This document shows, in pieces, positions 1 through 2,498 of a stretch of DNA of 2,498 nt (its first letter is position 1; the number at the start of each line of letters is the position of its first letter). The notes beneath the pieces are model-generated. The model saw only the letters and a list, made by a program, of their open reading frames with translations, did no database searches and was not told where the DNA came from. A program made the position numbers and the translations under genes. Origin of the DNA: a virus (lineage: Duplodnaviria; Heunggongvirae; Uroviricota; Caudoviricetes); the IMG/VR virus record IMGVR_UViG_3300014846_000086; one strand, written 5' to 3'.

Positions 1-324
1 GTGGCGCAGTCTGCAAATGGCGTCTTTGTGTCTCTTCCTGACGTCGAGGATGTGGACAACGCCGATATTAACCAGCGCCTGCTGGAAGTCATTGAACAGA
101 TTGGCAGTTATTCCAGACAGATTCGTTCGGCAATCGAAGACGGTGTGGTGGAACCGCATGAGAAGACAGCAATTAACGACGAGCTGTATCTCTCAATTTC
201 GAAGCTGCAGGAGCATGCAGCACTGGTCTACAAAATCTTTTGCATTTCAGAAAGTAATGACGCCCGCGAGTGTGCAGCTCCGGGCGCCGTGGCGTGTCGT
301 GACTGTGGAGAAACTAACGCATGA
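1..324 (+). CDS. hypothetical acidic protein, 5'-partial (CDS almost certainly begins upstream of the window)
   Basis: Frame 1 is open from base 1 to TGA at 322-324. The translation is protein-like (acidic, helical-looking) and has no internal Met, so the only in-window start would be GTG at 1. The stop overlaps the next ATG (ATGA at 321-324). The alternative frame 17-415 has W/C/R-rich composition typical of out-of-frame sequence. No family recognised. Confidence 0.55.
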   Translation: MAQSANGVFVSLPDVEDVDNADINQRLLEVIEQIGSYSRQIRSAIEDGVVEPHEKTAINDELYLSISKLQEHAALVYKIFCISESNDARECAAPGAVACRDCGETNA

Positions 325-659
325 ACAGTTTAACAACACACTACCGTCGCTCGCAACTGATTGCGCTTCCTGTACCGGGTGGAAAAGCGAAGGTGGAGTA
401 TTGCTATGCAGTTAATGTACCAGGTGACAGGGAAATTGTAACCCACAGCTTTGCTGAGTGGGCTGTGGGTGATTTCAACCGGCAGAAGGAGACAGTCCTT
501 TGCGACAAGTTAACCGCTGGTTCAAAGATCACTACGGAGTGCCCGTCAGAGTCATTCGTTGGGAGCCGGAAACACAACGAGTTATCTACCTCCGCGAAGG
601 CTATGAGCATGAGTGCTTCAGCCCGCTCGAACAGTTTCGTCGTAAATTCAGGGAAATAG
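321..659 (+). CDS. hypothetical protein; first ~60 codons credible, 3' portion probably out of frame (see frame-change finding)
   Basis: ATG 321 overlaps the upstream stop (ATGA), with GGAG at 307-310 ten nt upstream. The N-terminal translation [59 protein letters not shown] looks protein-like. After about 500 the frame-0 translation becomes Ser-rich and low-complexity, while frame +2 becomes strongly protein-like. Confidence 0.4.
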   Translation: MNSLTTHYRRSQLIALPVPGGKAKVEYCYAVNVPGDREIVTHSFAEWAVGDFNRQKETVLCDKLTAGSKITTECPSESFVGSRKHNELSTSAKAMSMSASARSNSFVVNSGK

Positions 660-679
660 AGGTCGGTCATGAGCACTAA
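500..679 (+). CDS. frame +2 ORF: either the frameshifted 3' part of the 321 gene or an independent small gene with a TTG start
   Basis: Frame 2 is open from 473 to TAA at 677-679 and translates to ...[59 protein letters not shown]. It contains no ATG. TTG at 500-502 is preceded by AAGGAGA (486-492) with a 7-nt spacer. It is absent from the ORF track, presumably because it lacks an ATG start. Confidence 0.4.
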   Translation: MRQVNRWFKDHYGVPVRVIRWEPETQRVIYLREGYEHECFSPLEQFRRKFREIEVGHEH

Positions 680-932
680 ATTAACCGGCTATGTATGGGA
701 TGGTTGCGCTGCATCAGGCATGAAATTATCCAGCGTGGCAATTATGGCCCGCCTGGCTGATTTCAGTAATGACGAAGGTGTGTGCTGGCCATCAATTGAA
801 ACCATTGCCCGCCAGATTGGCGCGGGGATGAGTACCGTCAGAACGGCTATCGCACGGCTGGAAGCAGAAGGCTGGTTAACGCGTAAGGCGCGTCGCCAGG
901 GTAACGAACCAACCCGACAGGAGAAGTCATGA
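669..932 (+). CDS. small winged-helix / helix-turn-helix DNA-binding protein (HTH_36 / PF13730-like), 87 aa
   Basis: ATG 669 has GAGG at 659-662 six nt upstream. The segment SSVAIMARLADFSNDEGVCWPSIETIARQIGAGMSTVRTAIARLEAEGWLTRKARRQG has the look of the wHTH domain found in small DNA-binding proteins of P4-like islands and in replication-initiator N-termini (recalled, not searched). The stop overlaps the next start (ATGA at 929-932). Confidence 0.75.
   Translation: MSTKLTGYVWDGCAASGMKLSSVAIMARLADFSNDEGVCWPSIETIARQIGAGMSTVRTAIARLEAEGWLTRKARRQGNEPTRQEKS
919..924 (+). promoter_or_regulatory. Shine-Dalgarno (AGGAGA) for the sid-like gene
   Basis: AGGAGA lies 5 nt upstream of ATG 929, inside the 3' end of the HTH gene. 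Confidence 0.5.
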
Positions 933-1672
933 ACAACACCGCAGTGAATAACAACCTTTCCACTTTTCCGGCTGTAACGCAGCGGGCACTGGAAACCATG
1001 AACACAGCCAGAAACGCATGGCTTGAAGCACGTCGTCAGCAGAAAGCGGCAGCGGATAATATTGCGACAATCCGCCAGCGTCGCGCTGAAATGGAATCCA
1101 CGACGAATACACTGAATGAGGAGTGGCGCACGCTGTTTCGTGAAAGTCAGGGCGTGGTCTCAAAGGAAATGAAAAAACTGCGCACGGAAATTGCGCTGGG
1201 ACGAGAAACGCTTGAGGATTTTGATGAGCTGCTGGCGGCTCAGGAAAGCGAAAATGCACTTTTGCCGCAGAAAGCTGCGGAATTAGCCGGAAAGTATATC
1301 CACGCGCATAACATTCTTGTGGATATTCGCGCAAAACAAATCTGGGAGGATTTTATGCAGTCGCATGGAAAAGCGCTTATTCAGACGCTGAGCCTGCTTA
1401 AATCCACAATGGGCCGGGAAGCCAGTGCCGTTGTGGGTGTGGTGAATTCAGTTAATGACCCGGACACAGTGCTGAAAGACTTTATTCATAAACATATCAC
1501 CAGACCGGCTCTGGCTAACGATGCGATGCCTGAACAGGACCCGGTGTTTAAACTGGCGGGAGTTGCCCCGGATTATGCGGCGCGTCTGGATTTCAGTAAT
1601 CAACTCTCTCCAGCAGCTATGCATAAAATAAAGGTTCGTCAGGAACTTGCTGAGAAGGAGAAAGCAGTATGA
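929..1672 (+). CDS. sid: Sid-like capsid size-determination (external scaffold) protein, Sid/Psu family
   Basis: At 247 aa it is close to P4 Sid (about 244 aa as recalled). It is clearly paralogous to the adjacent Psu homolog: N-terminal NARNAWLEARRQQKA vs NARILWARHSESRKA, central FMQSHGKAL vs FMQANGAAL, C-terminal LSPAAMHKIKVRQEL vs YTPAQHLRFQQRL. It has a long charged, helical central insertion. AGGAGA at 919-924 lies 5 nt before ATG 929, and the gene sits immediately 5' of psu. Confidence 0.65.
   Translation: MNNTAVNNNLSTFPAVTQRALETMNTARNAWLEARRQQKAAADNIATIRQRRAEMESTTNTLNEEWRTLFRESQGVVSKEMKKLRTEIALGRETLEDFDELLAAQESENALLPQKAAELAGKYIHAHNILVDIRAKQIWEDFMQSHGKALIQTLSLLKSTMGREASAVVGVVNSVNDPDTVLKDFIHKHITRPALANDAMPEQDPVFKLAGVAPDYAARLDFSNQLSPAAMHKIKVRQELAEKEKAV
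1655..1660 (+). promoter_or_regulatory. Shine-Dalgarno (AAGGAG) for the psu homolog
   Basis: AAGGAG lies 8 nt upstream of ATG 1669, inside the 3' end of the sid-like gene. Confidence 0.5.
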
Positions 1673-2220
1673 CGGCCCGAGGCACACCTGACCAGGTACT
1701 TACCAGTTTTCGGAATGCCCGTATTCTGTGGGCCAGACATAGTGAGAGCCGAAAAGCCGTTGAACAACAGATAACATCTCTCCTCGCTGCCACAGAAAAA
1801 CCAGCAGATTATGCCCGACAGCTCGAATTCCTGCGGGAACGTCTGGATGTGCTGAAATGGCAAATTAACTGTGCTGCGCGCGAATGCATTTACTCGCAGC
1901 ATTTACTGATGGAGGCCTGCACAGAAGCCGCTCTCAGCAATTTTATGCAGGCGAATGGGGCAGCCCTGACATCTGCACTGGCTCCGTTCCTGAAGGGGCG
2001 CGGAGGGGTTGACGTTGCGTCCCGTATATTACGCAGTGCTCTGGTTCGCCAGCTGGCAATAACACCGCCTGAAATTGCCGGGGATTATCGTGAGATCCTG
2101 GATGAATCCGGTTTGATGCCTGACCCCAGTATGATTCGTGATTGCCAGGGCTCTTACACCCCGGCACAACATCTGCGTTTTCAGCAACGCCTGAATGACA
2201 TTAACGATATACAGGAGTGA
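1669..2220 (+). CDS. psu: phage polarity suppression protein Psu homolog (capsid decoration / Rho antagonist in P4)
   Basis: The 183-aa product (P4 Psu is about 190 aa) carries motifs I recall from P4 Psu: LKWQINCAARECIYSQH (P4: KWQVNQAAGRYIRSH), FMQANGAALTSALAPFLKG (P4: FMQQHGTALAAALAPELMG) and C-terminal YTPAQ (P4: FTPAQ). AAGGAG at 1655-1660 lies 8 nt before ATG 1669, with an ATGA overlap with the upstream gene. Confidence 0.85.
   Translation: MTARGTPDQVLTSFRNARILWARHSESRKAVEQQITSLLAATEKPADYARQLEFLRERLDVLKWQINCAARECIYSQHLLMEACTEAALSNFMQANGAALTSALAPFLKGRGGVDVASRILRSALVRQLAITPPEIAGDYREILDESGLMPDPSMIRDCQGSYTPAQHLRFQQRLNDINDIQE
2212..2217 (+). promoter_or_regulatory. Shine-Dalgarno (CAGGAG) for the Ogr/Delta-like gene
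   Basis: CAGGAG lies 8 nt upstream of ATG 2226 and overlaps the last codons of psu. Confidence 0.5.
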
Positions 2221-2225
2221 TATTA

Positions 2226-2498
2226 ATGGCACTTAAATGTCCGGAATGCGGTACAGTTGCACACGCCAGAACAGCAGCCTATGAAGCTCCGTCAGTTAAA
2301 CGCTCGTGGTATCAGTGCCAGAATCTGGAATGTTCCTGCACATTTACGGCACTGGAGAGTGTGGATAAGATAATCATGAAACCCCGGCGCAATGAACAGG
2401 AACCAGACAAATCACAAACCCCGGTAAAACAACAGCAAACGCTCAATCGCTATGGCTCCGCGTCAAAACTGTCAAGCCGTCAGCAGATTCCTGTCTGA
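2226..2498 (+). CDS. Ogr/Delta-family zinc-finger late transcriptional activator (single-domain, 90 aa)
   Basis: MALKCPECGTVAHARTAAYEAPSVKRSWYQCQNLECSCTF...ESV matches the Ogr/Delta C-x2-C-x22-C-x4-C signature (compare P2 Ogr MFHCPLCQHAAHARTSRY...HQCQNVNCSATF..ESV, recalled). CAGGAG at 2212-2217 lies 8 nt before ATG 2226. The track's GTG 2217 start adds MIL and overlaps the psu stop; I prefer 2226. Stop TGA is at 2496-2498, the last bases of the window. Confidence 0.85.
   Translation: MALKCPECGTVAHARTAAYEAPSVKRSWYQCQNLECSCTFTALESVDKIIMKPRRNEQEPDKSQTPVKQQQTLNRYGSASKLSSRQQIPV

Noticed and set aside
17-415. Plus-strand 132-aa ORF in frame 2 overlapping the 1-324 ORF
   Set aside because: Its W/C/R-rich composition is typical of out-of-frame translation, it has no Shine-Dalgarno, and it lies entirely within better-supported frame-1 and frame-0 genes.
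486-502. Programmed ribosomal frameshift at the 321-679 frame change
   Set aside because: There is no canonical slippery heptamer (X XXY YYZ) and no obvious downstream stimulatory structure. A simple indel in the T run or a nested gene is more parsimonious, though neither is proven.
404-676. Minus-strand 90-aa ORF
   Set aside because: It is antisense to the plus-strand coding region and overlaps the start of the HTH gene. It has no convincing ribosome-binding site and no recognisable motif, so it is most likely a shadow ORF.
759-770. Exact 12-nt direct repeat gatttcagtaat, also at 1589-1600
   Set aside because: Both copies encode DFSN inside unrelated proteins. A single 12-mer match in 2.5 kb is roughly what chance allows (order 0.1-0.2 expected), and there is no array structure or flanking symmetry.
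927-1334. Minus-strand 135-aa ORF antisense to the sid-like gene
   Set aside because: The Pro/Cys/Trp-rich, low-complexity translation is typical of an antisense shadow of a real gene.
1448-1902. Two overlapping minus-strand ORFs (1448-1687 and 1639-1902)
   Set aside because: Both are antisense to the sid-like and psu genes and have an implausible composition (C/F/R-rich). The plus-strand genes have strong family support.
2217-2225. GTG 2217 as the start of the Ogr/Delta-like gene, as in the ORF track
   Set aside because: ATG 2226 has a well-spaced CAGGAG Shine-Dalgarno and yields the canonical Ogr N-terminus (M-x-x-x-CPxC). The GTG start would place the Shine-Dalgarno inside the coding region.
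1943-2232. Two minus-strand ORFs (1943-2167 and 2029-2232) antisense to psu
   Set aside because: They are shadow ORFs within a confidently assigned psu homolog, with no ribosome-binding sites or motifs.
1-2498. tRNA, rRNA, CRISPR array, IS element or attachment-site repeats
   Set aside because: There are no cloverleaf-like or repeat-spacer structures, no terminal inverted repeats and no noncoding gaps. The entire window is protein-coding on one strand.

Overview
The window is a single, tightly packed plus-strand operon that looks like part of an enterobacterial P4-family satellite or cryptic prophage (about 50% GC by eye). Starts and stops overlap (ATGA three times, GTGA once) and each start has a Shine-Dalgarno-like motif. 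The downstream half carries the capsid-hijacking and late-control module: a Sid-like external scaffold protein (929-1672), a Psu polarity-suppression homolog (1669-2220) and a single-domain Ogr/Delta zinc-finger activator (2226-2498). Upstream are a 5'-truncated acidic ORF (1-324), a gene that appears to change reading frame near 499-501 (321-679) and a small winged-helix DNA-binding protein (669-932). I saw no tRNA, rRNA, CRISPR array, IS element, or intergenic promoter or terminator. All minus-strand ORFs in the track look like antisense shadows. Family assignments rest on motifs recalled from memory; no database search was run. I found no clearly novel system inside the window; the most checkable oddities are the gene order, the Sid/Psu paralogy and the apparent frame change.
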